DNA of 64,000 bases, from NCBI RefSeq assembly GCF_018350175.1, contig NC_058368.1:128962001-129026000 (forward strand), read 5' to 3'. Shown here piece after piece: positions 26,150 to 38,790 of this stretch. The notes beneath the pieces are model-generated. The model saw only the letters and a program-made list of their open reading frames with translations, ran no database searches and had not been told where the DNA came from. A program made the translations under genes and the position numbers. This stretch comes from Felis catus. Its lineage: Eukaryota. Within the stretch, counting starts at the first letter, position 1, and every line of letters starts with the position of its first letter.

Positions 26150-26347
26150 AAACTATATCACAGCTGTGCACAAACATACATTACTATAAATAATAGGAAC
26201 CAAAGTTTCACAAAGACAGTAATTACCTTTAAAAGATGACATACTTGATGTTTTCAAAAGCATTCGGTTTCATTTCATTAAAAGATGTTCTCTGTGACCC
26301 ACATCTACCTTATTAGTGGTTTGTGACCTACTATTTGAAAAACGCTG
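26150..26347. mobile_element. hAT-Charlie-type DNA transposon end
   Basis: gtgacccac...gtgacctactatttgaaaaacgctg terminus. Confidence 0.5.
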
Positions 26348-27823
26348 TTCTTGAGCCACTAGATGAGATACTTCAGGTTGAGGAGAGTCTGTCCACATAT
26401 TTGGGGACCATAAATATTTAGAGTGCAATACATCATTATGAAAGAAGGCTTGAACAGATTCCTTGTTTTTCCCTATTTCAGGAAGCCAAAAGTTTCTTGT
26501 ACTGCTCTTCTTGAGGTCACTGATAATCCAGCCACTAGTTGGTTGACCCTCCTAGGAAACTGTATTTCTGCCCTTTCCCTGTATGAGCAAGATCTGGATA
26601 AATGGAATTACTAATGACTTTAAAAAGTTATGAAAATGCAACCAATTAGAATTCCTAATTGGTTACAAATACAAAACAAATGTCTGGCCCATATATATTA
26701 TATACATATATATATATTTTTTTTTCTTTTTTTTTTTTTTTTTTCCTTCAAATGCTTACTTAAGAGATTTTGATATCCCAGATCAATACGTGTTTGTTCC
26801 AAGTGAATCACTGACTTTCAGATACCTGAGGTAAATCATTCTGGTTTCAATTTGTCTCTTTTTCCCCTGAGGTTCATGATGAAGAGCTCTGTTTTCTTTA
26901 ACACCTGCCTACTTGGCAGCTCTGACACTTGCTTGAAAAAAGTTGTTAAAATGAGGAAGCTTATTTCCTCTAATTTGACTGCATTCTTCTCTCCCCACCC
27001 CACAGAGGGCACTGCACACAGGAAAGGTGTTTGATCAGAGTCCACTGAGGCGGACCAAGTTGAAAAGAGTTATTATAGGCAACAACCCCAGTTTAAAAGG
27101 TTATCCCATATAAGAGTGATCATGTAAATTCCTCAAGAGATTCAGTATGGAATCAGAGCTAGCTTTTGGTTGTTCAGAATTGTTTATTAGTTAGAATTGG
27201 TAAGGATACTCTCAGTCACCTACTGACATGTGGAAATTGTCGGATTATATAGTACCTGGTTTGAATATATCTGTAACAGAACTCGCTATAATAAGATTTT
27301 ATAGGTACTTACCTTGCACGCTTCTGCTAAGCTCACAGAAGGTTGACTAATCCAATGTTCTCAAAAGCCTCCTCTCTGATCCAAGAGTGTTTGCATATTT
27401 TAGACCCAACATTTATTCTAATAAAGCTTCAGGAAATAGCTTGTATCATGCTGAAGAAATTCACACTTGGCACAGTGACTTACTGGTTGGTTAGTTGACC
27501 TATAGGGATTATGCAGGGATGGGGGGGCTCTTAGCTGTGCTACGATGGACCTAAAAATACTGTGCTTAATAATATGAACATTGCAGAAGTTTAAGTCATT
27601 CCTGAGGGAAGTTCATACATGTTTAAAGATTATTACAAATACACAGTCTTATTTAACATTTTGGTGTTAACTTTAGAAGCCAGGATTTTTAAATTGTCTG
27701 TAAAGCATCTTTTCCATCTTTTTGAATTCAAAAGCACAATAGCACATTGTTTAACAACCACCTCTATATTTGAAGGGAACCTCATTTCAAAATTGCAAGT
27801 CAGTGGGGTTTTTTGTATTTTCA

Positions 27824-28050
27824 TTTTTTTTAAGTTTATTTTGTTCATTCTTGAGAGAGAGAGAGAGTGGGTACGTGTGCACATGAGTGGGGTAAGGGTA
27901 GAGAGAGAGAGAAAGAGAGAATCCCAGGCAGGCTCCGCATTGTCAGTGCAGAAGCCTGACCCAGGGCTCGATCCCATGAACCATGAGATCATGACTTGAG
28001 CTGAAATCAAGAGCCAGTCACTTAATTGAATGAGCCACCCAGGCGCCCCT
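27824..28050 (-). mobile_element. SINEC
   Basis: Reverse SINE ending tgagccacccaggcgcccc. Confidence 0.95.
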
Positions 28051-28099
28051 TCATTTGCGAGTATTAGTATTATGTCAAAGATCCGAAAAGTATGTTTCA

Positions 28100-28412
28100 T
28101 TGGCTAACTCTGACCTGCCACCAGTTTTTATGTAGCTTGCAAAACGAAGATTTGGTTTTATGTTATTTTTATAGTTGGAGGAAAAAAATCAAAAGAATAA
28201 TGTTTTGTGACATATGAAAATTACATGAAATTTAAAATTCAGGGTTCATAAATAAAATTTGATTGGAACATATTTGTGCTTATTATTTTGCAGGTTGTCT
28301 TTGCTGCTTTTGTGGTACAAGGGCAGAATTGAGTAGTTGTGACAGAGATTTTATGGCCTGCAAAACCTAAAATAGAAAGAGTCGTTTACTGAAAAAGTTT
28401 CCTTGTCTCTGG
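28100..28412 (+). mobile_element. MER58B hAT-Charlie MITE
   Basis: aaaaatcaaaagaataat...gtgacatatgaaaattacatgaaattt...gcagaattgagtagttgtgacagaga...gcaaaacctaaaata. Confidence 0.85.
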
Positions 28413-28482
28413 CCTATACATTTCCTGGCCTTTTGGAATGTAACATATTTTATCGATTATATCAATGAGCTTAACTATTTTA

Positions 28483-28702
28483 TTTTTTTATTAAAAATTT
28501 TTTTTTAATGTTTATTTTTGAGACAGAGAGAGACAGAGTGTGAGTGAGGGAGGGGCAGAGAGAGAGGGAGACATAGAATCCGAAGCAGGCTCCAGGCTCT
28601 GAGCACAGAGCCAGACGCAAGGCTCGAACCCATCGACCACGAGATCGTGACCTGAGCTGAAGTCAGACACTCAACCAACCGACTGAGCCACCCAGGCGCC
28701 CC
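28483..28702 (-). mobile_element. SINEC with TSD (source of the 25999 duplicate)
   Basis: TSD tga(g/a)cttaactatttta at 28466 and 28703. Confidence 0.95.
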
Positions 28703-30029
28703 TGAACTTAACTATTTTAAAACATTCCATTGTGAAATATCATGTTCATAAACGTAGGTAATAACAAGGCTTTGGGGGTTAAAAACAGGAATTTGTTTCT
28801 GTGGAAATAATTCCTAGACCAGCTTCTTGGGTGGGGAATGAATGACTTGCCGAATTTTGAAAAATGGCAAGTTTTGAGAAATGGCAGTTATAAGGGTATG
28901 ACACAGAAATATAGCAGTGCTTGATATAGTTGCTGTAATAAAAGTGGAATATTTTAAACTTTGTTCACATTTGACAGCTTCTATTTTTGAGGTATCTCAA
29001 ATACATTTTGTATGATCACCTCCATTTCACCCCTCCCTTGTGTGCTTTTATTTTAATCCAGCGAAGCCAGCCTCACAGTAAACAGTGTGATTATATTCTC
29101 TTCTAACACTTAGTGGTTTTTGGTACTTAAGTTTGTCTAATGGGCCCCATCACTAAAAGTTGGAGTCATTTCTCTCTGCTGCCTTGATAGAGAGCATGTG
29201 GGTTTGTGTGGGGCTGCCTTGCAACACAGCACTGAGTTGTAGTGTGCAGAAAAGCTGTTCTCTTGATCCACTACACCTGGCAGTCCCCGGGCAGGTGTGT
29301 CTAAGATGAGGATGTTTTCAATGTACTTTAGTTCCTCTTCAGTACGGTGCCTCAGACCCCAAGACCTATCTCTTACTTAGATTAGGCATCACCTCTTACC
29401 TCCCTTAACCCTTATAATGAGCCAAAGGAAGAGGGTTGTTTGTGTTTTTGTGGACTGTTTAGGGCAGTGCAGTGTACTAGCCTGCCTTCCCTCACCATCT
29501 TTGTGTATCTGATTTGATGGAGCCATAGCAGGGGCCCATTCTAGTGTGCTCCAGCAAGATCCTGCTTATCTGTAAGCCTAAAACGTAGGGTATTTTCTAT
29601 ACTCTTGAAAAAAAAAATATCACAAGCTGACTAAGCAAAAGAAAAAAAAAAAAGCAGCACTCTAAAAAGTCCGGCCCTATTTTCCTCTTCCCTAATTAGG
29701 AGACCCTAAATCCTCCTTTACAATCTGTATTTCTTCTTAAGAGATCATTTTAGAAAGTCTGACTTTTTCCCTTTCTAGTTAACAGTGTATTTGAAGGAGA
29801 TGTGGAAGAGGGGAAAGAAGGGTAAGCTCCATATAGGCAGGTTAGCATCCAAGAGTGCCAGCTTGAGAAAGTGATAGTTTGAGAAAGTAAAACCTTAAAA
29901 AAAAACAAAAAAAAAAAGATTCAAGAACTCACCAAAAGCATTTTGAGGCCATTTGGTGTGAGACCAAAGCCCCCAACACCTCACTCTTCCTTGAAGAATC
30001 ACTGTGCTATTGCTTACTGATCTTCTTGA

Positions 30030-30520
30030 GTCCTCTACTTGAGTCAGTTCTGTTTACCAAGCATATTACACACTCTCTCCTCATAACAGCTCCATAATGC
30101 AAGAACTGTTGTATCAACTCTTACATTTATTTTGTAGCTGAGAAAAGTGAGAGATTTTTTTCTCTAGCTTTTCCAAGACTCATTATTGAGCAGGGGAGCT
30201 AGCATATAAATCTTGGTAGTCGGATTCCAGAGTTCGTGCCTTTCCCATAATCTCCAGTCCCCAGAAGAGAACAGGCCAGAGCAGAGGGAGGCAGTATAAT
30301 ATAGTGGTTAGACTTTCTAGCTTCAGATTGTAGTTCTGTTACTTTCTGATTTTTTAACTAATGTTCATTGCCTCTGTTTCTGTATTTATAAAATATTGCA
30401 CTGGATTTTAGAGTTGTTTGTACTTACATCATAGGGTTATTGTGAGGATTCAGTGAGACTTTGTATGTAAATAACGCAGTGCCCAGCACATATTAAGAGC
30501 TGGGAACACGTTAGCTACTA
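30030..30520. mobile_element. Two MIR relics (about 30030-30250 on -, about 30290-30520 on +)
   Basis: ctcataacagctcc...gtcggattccagagttcgtgc; then gcagtataatatagtggttaga...catagggttattgtgaggatt...gtgcccagcacata. Confidence 0.7.
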
Positions 30521-30599
30521 TACTTTATATAAAATACAGTTACTAATGATTCACAGCAGACACATAAGTAATTTTTTTATATTTAAGAAGACAGATGTT

Positions 30600-30821
30600 G
30601 GGGCGCCTGGGTGGCGGAGTCGGTTAAGCGTCCAACTTCAGCCAGGTCACGATCTTGCGGTCCGTGAGTTCGAGCCCCGCGTCAGGCTCTGGGCTGATGG
30701 CTCCGGAGCCTGGAGCCTGTTTCCGATTCTGTGTCTCCCTCTCTCTCTGCCCCTCCCCCGTTCGTGCTCTATCTCTCTCTGTCCCAAAAATAAATAAACG
30801 TTGAAAAAAAAAATTTAAAAA
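30600..30821 (+). mobile_element. Young cat SINE (SINEC_Fc type), CpG-rich, perfect 15-bp TSD
   Basis: TSD aagaagacagatgtt at 30585-30599 and 30822-30836; diagnostic cagccaggtcacgat...ctgggctgatggctc. Confidence 0.97.
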
Positions 30822-31309
30822 AAGAAGACAGATGTTTAATACATCCTAGGAACATTTTACGCAGCTGAAATATTTAAAGAGTATTAATACTTACACAGGG
30901 TCATCATTTATCACTGTAAGTTAGGATAATTGGCATTGCCATTTTAGATATTGAGATGTTGTTTTGCTTGATGTATAAACATTAGAAAAGAAGGTGAAAC
31001 AAAACCTTTCAGAGGTCTGCCTTTGATTTTCCTTTATGGTATTTGCTCCTGAACTTTTAAATAAATCCTTAAAAAAAAAGTCAGGGCTTTGGCTCAGTAG
31101 GAGGCTTACCTTTTTAATTATCAGTTTGCCTTTTGGGTAAAGAACTGTGGGTTTTCTATTACGTGTGTCATTAGATGAAACAAGTCTTACTGCTGGCTGG
31201 CTACCAAGAAAGGACATATATCTGGGATGTCATCACAAAGTTTCCCTTTGATCACATTGCCTACACAAGATGCAAGTCCATCAGCTCTCTGATGGAGCTC
31301 TGGCATGGA

Positions 31310-31490
31310 GAGGAGAGGCACGCAAAAGTGTCCTTTACCCCAAAGTGTACTTTCTGCTTTGCCATTTAATAGCTATGTGAACTTGGGCAAATCACTTAAG
31401 CTTTCTGAGCCTCAGCTTCATCGTTTAATACCTGCCTTGCTTAACTTAAAAGGTTGGTTGGAATGTGAGGTGGCATATAATGTGTGAAGG
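31310..31490 (+). mobile_element. MIR
   Basis: agctatgtgaacttgggcaaatcacttaagctttctgagcctcag. Confidence 0.8.
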
Positions 31491-31867
31491 GAGCACCTTG
31501 AGGGAGTGCTATAAAGAAAGGTCTAGATACATTTTAGTTATCAAATATTTTATATATGATGCCTTTTTAAAACTATGAAGGGTTATACAAATGTTTGTTG
31601 GTGGTTTTAGCAATCACTTCCTTTGGTACTAGATACAGATTCATGTATTGTTCTAAGATCTGAAGACCCAGTAGTTTTAGTAATAAATGTGGCAGTTCTT
31701 GGGGAGCTAAATCTCACATTCCCTATCATAGAATTTATCTGCTATAACAGTCAAAAGGTCTCTGAGCATAGGTAAGTGAAAGCCCAAGTTGAATGAAATA
31801 ATTTCATCATTGGGTTAAACTTCATAAATGAGCTTTTTGTTAACCATTATTTAAGAAAAAACCAAAA

Positions 31868-32080
31868 CTTTTTAAAATGTTTATTCTTTGAGAGAGAGCG
31901 AGAGCGCGCAAGTGCTAGCGCATGAGCAAGGGAGGGGCAGAGAGAGGGAGACACAGAATTCAGAGCTGGTTCCATGCTCTGAGCTGTCAGCACAGAGTCC
32001 TACGTGGGGCTTGAACTTGCAAGCCATGATATCGTGACCGAGCTGAAGTCAGGTGCTTCACTGACTAAGCTACCAATCAC
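31868..32080 (-). mobile_element. SINEC
   Basis: Reverse SINE motifs: gagctgtcagcacagag, gagctgaagtcagg. Confidence 0.9.
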
Positions 32081-32081
32081 A

Positions 32082-32294
32082 TTTTTTAAAGTTTATTTAT
32101 TTTCAGAGAGAGACAGAGAGAAAGAAAGATTGGGTGAGGGGCAGAGAGAGAGAGAGGGAGAGAGAGAATCCCAAGCAAGCTATACGCTATAGCATGGAGC
32201 CTGACGTGGGCTCGATCTCATGAACTGTGAGATCATGACCTGGGCCAAAATCAAGAGTTGGATGCTTAACCAACTGAACCATCCAGGCATCCCA
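32082..32294 (-). mobile_element. SINEC (abuts the previous copy)
   Basis: gtttatttattttcagagag...gagatcatgacctgggccaaaatcaagag. Confidence 0.9.
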
Positions 32295-33312
32295 GCCACC
32301 ATTTCATGTAATAGCTAAAAGAAACAGTTCTCAAAGTCTCTTGTAATAAATGTATTGATTTATGGTTGGCTAGAATTGATCTTCCTAGTGTCAAGCTTAG
32401 GGTGACATGGAGGTTTAGCTCGACTTTTTTTTTAGTCATTTGGGTAGCCTATCCAGTTCTTTCAGAAATGTTCTAATACTGTGCACAGGTGTTATTGGAT
32501 GTGGACAACCTATGTATGTCTGCTTACTTGAGTTGTGGTTTGTGATTATCCTCACTTGTGGGACATTAGTGTTTCCTCTACTCAAGCATAGCTCTGTATG
32601 CTTGTGTAAGAACCAAACTCCCTGTGGTCTCAGGAACTGTCCTGCTAGCATGGGACACATTATTAAGATTTAGAATATTATTAAATATGATTTTTACCTA
32701 ACAAAGTTTTTTCTTAGTATAAGTAGCTCTTTTCCAGCAGACATTTTGCTAAGTACTGATGATGTCAGATTTTACAAAAAAACTAGAAAATGGAGGCTGT
32801 AGCATAAATCACATAATAAAACATACCAGGTTAAAAATCAAATGGTTTTCCGACTGCATTCAAAATAAAATAACTAGTGGAGTAATTTCTAAAGTCCTAG
32901 GTAGGCTCACAATCAATTGTTTTTTGCATCCTTTGTACAGTGGAATTTGGATCATACATAACAAATTACCTGAGGAATCTTTATTGTACTTCCTATTTTT
33001 CATTTTGGGAAAAGAATGTCAAAGAACACTCAAATTTCTCTTCTTATATTTTAAATTTGCACATGGTCTGTAAAGCACTCATTTTTCAAAAATTTATTAA
33101 AATAAAAGTAATTAAACCACATTTTGAGATTTTTGCACGATAGTGGGGGAAAAAACCATTCTGTACCATCACATTAACCAACCATAGTCAGTTTTAGTGT
33201 TTTTCTTTTTTGTATTTTCCTGTGCATTAAAAAGGGGTTTCTATCATCTGTACATTTTTGTATCCAGCTCTTTTTTGGTTTGACAATGCAATGTATGAAA
33301 AGCAGTTTTCTT

Positions 33313-33528
33313 GGGGCTCCTGGTGGCTCAGTTGGTTAGGTGTCCCACTCTTGATTTTGGCGCAGGTCATGGTCTCTCAGTTCTTGAGATCCAGCCCCAC
33401 ATCTGGCTCTGTGCTGACATTGTAGAACCTGCTTGGGATTGTCTTTCTCCCTCTATGTCTCTGCCCCTTCCCAGCTCATGGGCTCTCTCTCTCTCTCAAA
33501 ATAAATAAATGAATGTTAAAAAAAAAAA
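33313..33528 (+). mobile_element. SINEC
   Basis: ggggctcctggtggctcagttgg head; aaaataaataaa and A tail. Confidence 0.93.
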
Positions 33529-33578
33529 GAGAATATATTAGAAAAACATTTTTCTTTTTATATACCTGTTATAATTAG

Positions 33579-33609
33579 TTTTTATTTTTTTGATGTTTTA
33601 TTTATTTTT

Positions 33610-33693
<84 letters not shown>

Positions 33694-33848
33694 GCAGGGG
33701 AGGGGCTAAGAGAGAGGGAGATATAGAATCTGAAGCAGGCTCTGACCTCCGAGCTGTCAGCACAGAGCCTGATGCGGGGCGCGAATTGTGAGATCATGAC
33801 CTGAGCCGAAGTCGGACACTTAACTGACGGAGCCACTCAGGTATCCCA
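33579..33848 (-). mobile_element. SINEC containing a (GA)n(GT)n compound microsatellite (about 33614-33691)
   Basis: Reverse SINE motifs; repeat read directly. Confidence 0.93.
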
Positions 33849-33854
33849 AGTTTT

Positions 33855-34200
33855 CATGACTGACGATGTATAATAAACCAGTGGATTTATCCCATTTTAC
33901 ACGACCATATTTTTCTTATTTTGGACATATTTTGGTTGTTTCCAGGTTTTCATTTTATGAATAATTGCCAGAAAAGCATCTTTGAGCATATGCAGTAAGC
34001 ACCCCCCTCTGCTCTGTCCATATTTTAGGCCCCCCCTCCCCCCCGCTTTAGAATAGACATCTAGAAGTGGACACTGTGGATGAAAGGGCATGGGGATGTT
34101 TTTAAGGCTCTTGTACATACTGCCAAATTCCCTGCCAGTTTCACACACCACTTACCAGTTCTAGATATTACTGTGGTTTTAAATTTTTGCCCAGTTAGCA
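33855..34200 (-). mobile_element. Ancient L1M fragment
   Basis: ttggacatattttggttgtttccaggtttt...agaatagacatctagaagtgga...catactgccaaatt. Confidence 0.6.
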
Positions 34201-35789
34201 AGTTACCAAAGTTGGCATAAAACAAAAGTTACCTGTTGTTTTAATGTGAAATTTTTGGGTCACTCGGGAAGTTGAATATTTTCCTGTATGTTTGCTTATT
34301 AGTCACATTTCCTATTTCAGGAATTTTATTCCTGTCCTCCTCACCTGTTAGTAAAGGTTGGGTAAAGGAACACAGTGGTGGCAAGCATGAATTCTGGAGA
34401 CAGTTGGCTCAGTCCCCACCTCGCATCTGCCCCCGGGAGTGGGGGATGTTGGGCAGGTGTTACCATCTTGCCAAGATTTTAGTTGCCATTTTTGGACATT
34501 TGTAAGATTTTTTTTTACTTTTGGAATTTAAACAATTTTCCATTGTGCTTTCTTTTCTAAGTATAGAGAATGTTTCTCACCTTTCCAGAAGTTTAATACT
34601 CAGTTCTATTTTTGTTCTCTTTTTAAAAATTATCTCTTTACTGAGATTTTATTTTTATGTTGTAAGCTCCTATAAAATGGATCACTTTCCTAAGTGCCCG
34701 TGCTTATTATGAAGGCATAAGAGACGTTCGTTAGGAATGAAATTTGTCATGTTTGAAATTTCAAAATTGGTACTGCATTTGTAGTACAACTAAATGTTCA
34801 GAAGTTAATGTCTTCACCTAAATCACTTTTATTTTAGAGAAACCTGGTCAGAGAACCGGAATTTATTGGGTGTATTAGCTAGTGTTTGGCATGGTGATTT
34901 GTTAGGGTTTGGATATTACAAATAGTTTTATTGGTTCAGAAGTATTTGGTGAGATATTTATCTTTGATTTTTTTTTTTCTCTAAAGGTGAGTGTTATATA
35001 GGAATCTGTACTTGAGAAACACGTGGCCTGTGTACAGTGTCCAGGGAGCAATTAGAAGGGCAATATGTTAAATCTCTTGCCTCAAGGCAAAACCATTAGT
35101 TGTGCTGTGTATGAGCCTCAAGGGGTGTAAATAACCAGACCATTCATGAAATCATCAGTTTCCTTTTATTTCAAGGCAACTGTAAAACCTTTAATCTGTG
35201 GAAGAATCAGAGGAAGTTGACCTATTGGATTTACAGATTATTTTCCTTTATGTGATTATTTTGAGAAAGTATATTTCAGAATTTACCAATTCCTGGTTGA
35301 GCATTAGGAATATGAACTTTGAATTCCATTTTCTGTTTTGATGTGAGCATCCTAAAGTTCTGATATGATTTAAATGCATGCAGACTTCTCTTATGAACTC
35401 TCGTATGTCTACGTAAAAGATTTTATTTTTTTAGAGATTTATTGTTGATGTTTTTTGTTAATTTATTAGAGCTTATCTTTAGGAGCAAATAAATTCCATT
35501 TATTGATGGCTGATATTTCTCACTACCTTAATAAGACAGACCATCCTCAGAAATGAACAGCAATCCAGTTTGTTTTCTGTATTAATTTGGGGACATTATC
35601 AAAAGGGGAAGGGATAACTCTTTTTTCCGTATTACTATTGTGTATAAATACCGTTTAAACATTAGGAAGGCTTTTCTACTTTAAAAAAAATTCTCATTTG
35701 ACACCCAAGCCTTCCCACTTCATTCTGTCCCTCAGTAATCTTTCTTGTTTGTTTGTTTTCATATTCGTATTTCTTGGAAGAGTGATGTC

Positions 35790-36600
35790 ACTCTGTTTCT
35801 TCACCTTCAGCTTCATCCCTCAGTCCGCTGCCCTCTGGTCTTTGTCCCTGTCACTCCACTGAAGCTATGCCTGTTAAGGATCCCAGCATCACTGAATGCA
35901 ATGTGTTCTTCTCATTTTCATCTTATTTAACAGCTGAACAACACTGAACGAAGCTGACCTGACCGCTCTTTCTAGTAACATAGTCTTCAGTTGACTTTAA
36001 TAATTCTAAACTCTCTTGGTTTTTCTCTTGCCTCTCAGGTTAACTCCGCCTCTCTTTGCTGGGTCACCTTCTACCCATGTTTTTGGGCCCTTTCCCTACT
36101 CTTAACCTACTCTGAAAAATTCCACATTCTAGCTTCAAATCTTTACTTCTCATGAGCTCCAGCAGTCTGTAGTCTGTTCACTGGATGTCTTTACTTGCTT
36201 CCAGCACTTGTGCCTCAAACTTAGTATTTTCCTTACAAACTTGCCTTTCCCTATATGTCCCCTAGTTCTATAAATGGCACCTCATCCTCTGGGTTCAAGC
36301 CATCAGTGTCTTAGCATTGCTACTTCTTCAATATCTGTAAAACAGATCCTTTCACTACTGCTGCTACCCAAAGTCCAGCCATTATTGATCTGGTTCATTG
36401 CAATAAGTTTTTCTGTATCTTCCCGTGCCATACGACCACTAACCCTTCCTCTATACTGTACACAGATAATTTTTAAAAAGCCATTATGATTATGTTCTTT
36501 CCCTATTTAAAATCTCTCTGAGGCTAAAATGTAAAATTCTTAACTGTTGTCTGTAAGTCTCTGCTTGATCTGGCCCTGCATACATCTTTAATCTCATATC
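35790..36600 (+). mobile_element. Degenerate L2 fragment(s)
   Basis: cactccactgaagct...ctcattttcatctta...ctggatgtct...aaatggcacc...gatctggccctgc. Confidence 0.6.
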
Positions 36601-37494
36601 TTGGTCCCCTCACCTTTTGACAGAGAGAATACATTTCTCTTGATATCTAAGACCTGTAGCATTAAAATTACAGGATATAGTAGTAATGAATGTTTTGGTT
36701 TTAAAATATTGCTTATAAAATTATTCTTCATTTTTCTGTACTTTTTCATGTGTAGGCATATGTATATTAAATGAGATAGTGTATGTTAAGGTGTTTATAA
36801 TTTGTAAATGTTAATATAAAATATTGTTTCTCTCAACTTTTTGCTCCCATCCATCATTCCTTTTGCTTCCATCTACATGATGGTAAAAGATACTATACAT
36901 GTGGTAACAATTCTGTAGGAATGTTGGCATAGAATGGACATGATTTTCCAATTTAGAGCGTCCTTTGAATGGGAAATTAGGAAACAGTCCATAAAATATA
37001 TCTTTACGATAGGTGTGATATGTTTTGAAGAAAAGGTTGCTTAGAACCTGGTCTAGATCATCTGTAGAAGCCTTTTTCAGTTCTTTACTCTTGTGTCTGT
37101 AGCTTACATTTTAAGAAAACATATGGTGTCCATAGAAAAACTTCCTATTTATGTTTAATCCATGGATAAACTCAGTGAATGTGCTGTTTTAGCAGTACTC
37201 TGACTTTCAGACATTTTCATATGACCCTTTTGTCTGTAGGAGGAGGGTTAAAGCCAAACACCACCACTACCTGTGAAGAAGACCATCATCTTGTGATTGG
37301 AGATATGCTAATGTGAAATATGAACGCTTTAACTAAGTCTTGAATCACATCATTAGTACTCAGTGGAACAAAATTGCCAGGGATTGGGGTTGTTGCTTAA
37401 ATGAGCTCCCCAAATTTGTCTGTAAATTAGAAGTGACCCTAATAAAAATTCCAAAAGGGTTTTCTTTGGCTTGACAAACTAATGTTAATTAATG

Positions 37495-38790
37495 TAGGGG
37501 GAAAAAAAAGTGATGAGAGGTAGAGCCAGCCCTATAAGATACCGACAGGTATTATTAAGCTACATTAATTAAAACTGTGTGATGAAGGCACATGTGTAGA
37601 TCTACAGATCAATGAAATAAAGTAGAAATATTGTTAAGAGACCTCAAAACACATAGGACATGATAAAATTGGCATCTCAAATCAGTGCTGAAATTTATTC
37701 AGTAAGTGGTGTTGGCATAACTGGGGAGCCAACTGGAAAAAAAAATAAAGTGGAATGTATAATTCATACTTCTACCAGAATGAATTTTAAGTAGATCATG
37801 CTTTAAATTTAAAAAGCAAAGTCACAAAAGAAATAGAACTAAATAGGAGAGAAATTTTTTACAATTTAGAATGAAGTAGGTTTTTGCAACTTTGATACAT
37901 AACTCTGAGGCAATAAAAGAAAAAGACTCATAAGTTAGTTAGACTTTATAAAAAATGAATGTCTCTGCAAATCAAAAATTAACACAAGCAAAGTCAAAAG
38001 ATAAGTTGAGAAAACATTTAACTCCTCAAAGATTATAGGAGATTTTCTTTATATATAAAATTTTTCTACAAATCAGTAAGAAAAAGACCAACAATTCGTA
38101 GAAAAATGAGCAAAGGATATGTGTGGAGATTTCATGTAAATGAGATACAAATGGCACTAAATCTAAAGGTACTTATTTTATGAGAAATGCAAATTAAAAC
38201 TGCATCAGATGCCCTTTAAAAACAACCCATCACATTGATAAAATAAAAAATTTAACACATTGTCAGCATAGGTTAGATAGGTGTGGGGTTATAAACTGGC
38301 ACAGTCTTTATGGAGGGCAATTTGATTGCATCCGTTAGAATTATAACTGTACAGACCTCTTTGACGTAACAGTTCCACATCCAGGAATTTAGCTTATGCT
38401 GAATTGAAATGAAGTAGCTTACTGAAGCATTGTTTATGGTAGCAAAACTCTGGAAACAACCTAAATGTTCATTATGGAAGACTGGTTAAATAAATTATGG
38501 TCCTTCCACATAATGGAATATCGTGCAGTTGTGAAAGAACAATGAGGAGAACCATACTGATATGTAATGATACAGATGTTTGTTAAATAAAAGAAAGATG
38601 TAAAATAGTTTGTGTTATGCTGCCACTTGAGTAGAAAGGAGACTATACAAGCATTAATATTGCTTATGTGTAAGTGCATATAGTATTTCTGGAAGGATTA
38701 GTCAGAAAATGATAACCTTATGTTTCCTGGGGAGAGTTTGGGAGGCAAACATACCCTTTCAATTTTTTTTTTTCAGTTTTCAGCCATAAT
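37495..38790 (+). mobile_element. Ancient L1M (L1MC/ME-like) ORF2 end and 3'UTR
   Basis: attcagtaagtggtgttggcataactgg, aagaaaaagaccaacaa, gagaaatgcaaattaaaac, tggaaacaacctaaatgttc, aatggaatatcgtgcag. Confidence 0.8.
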
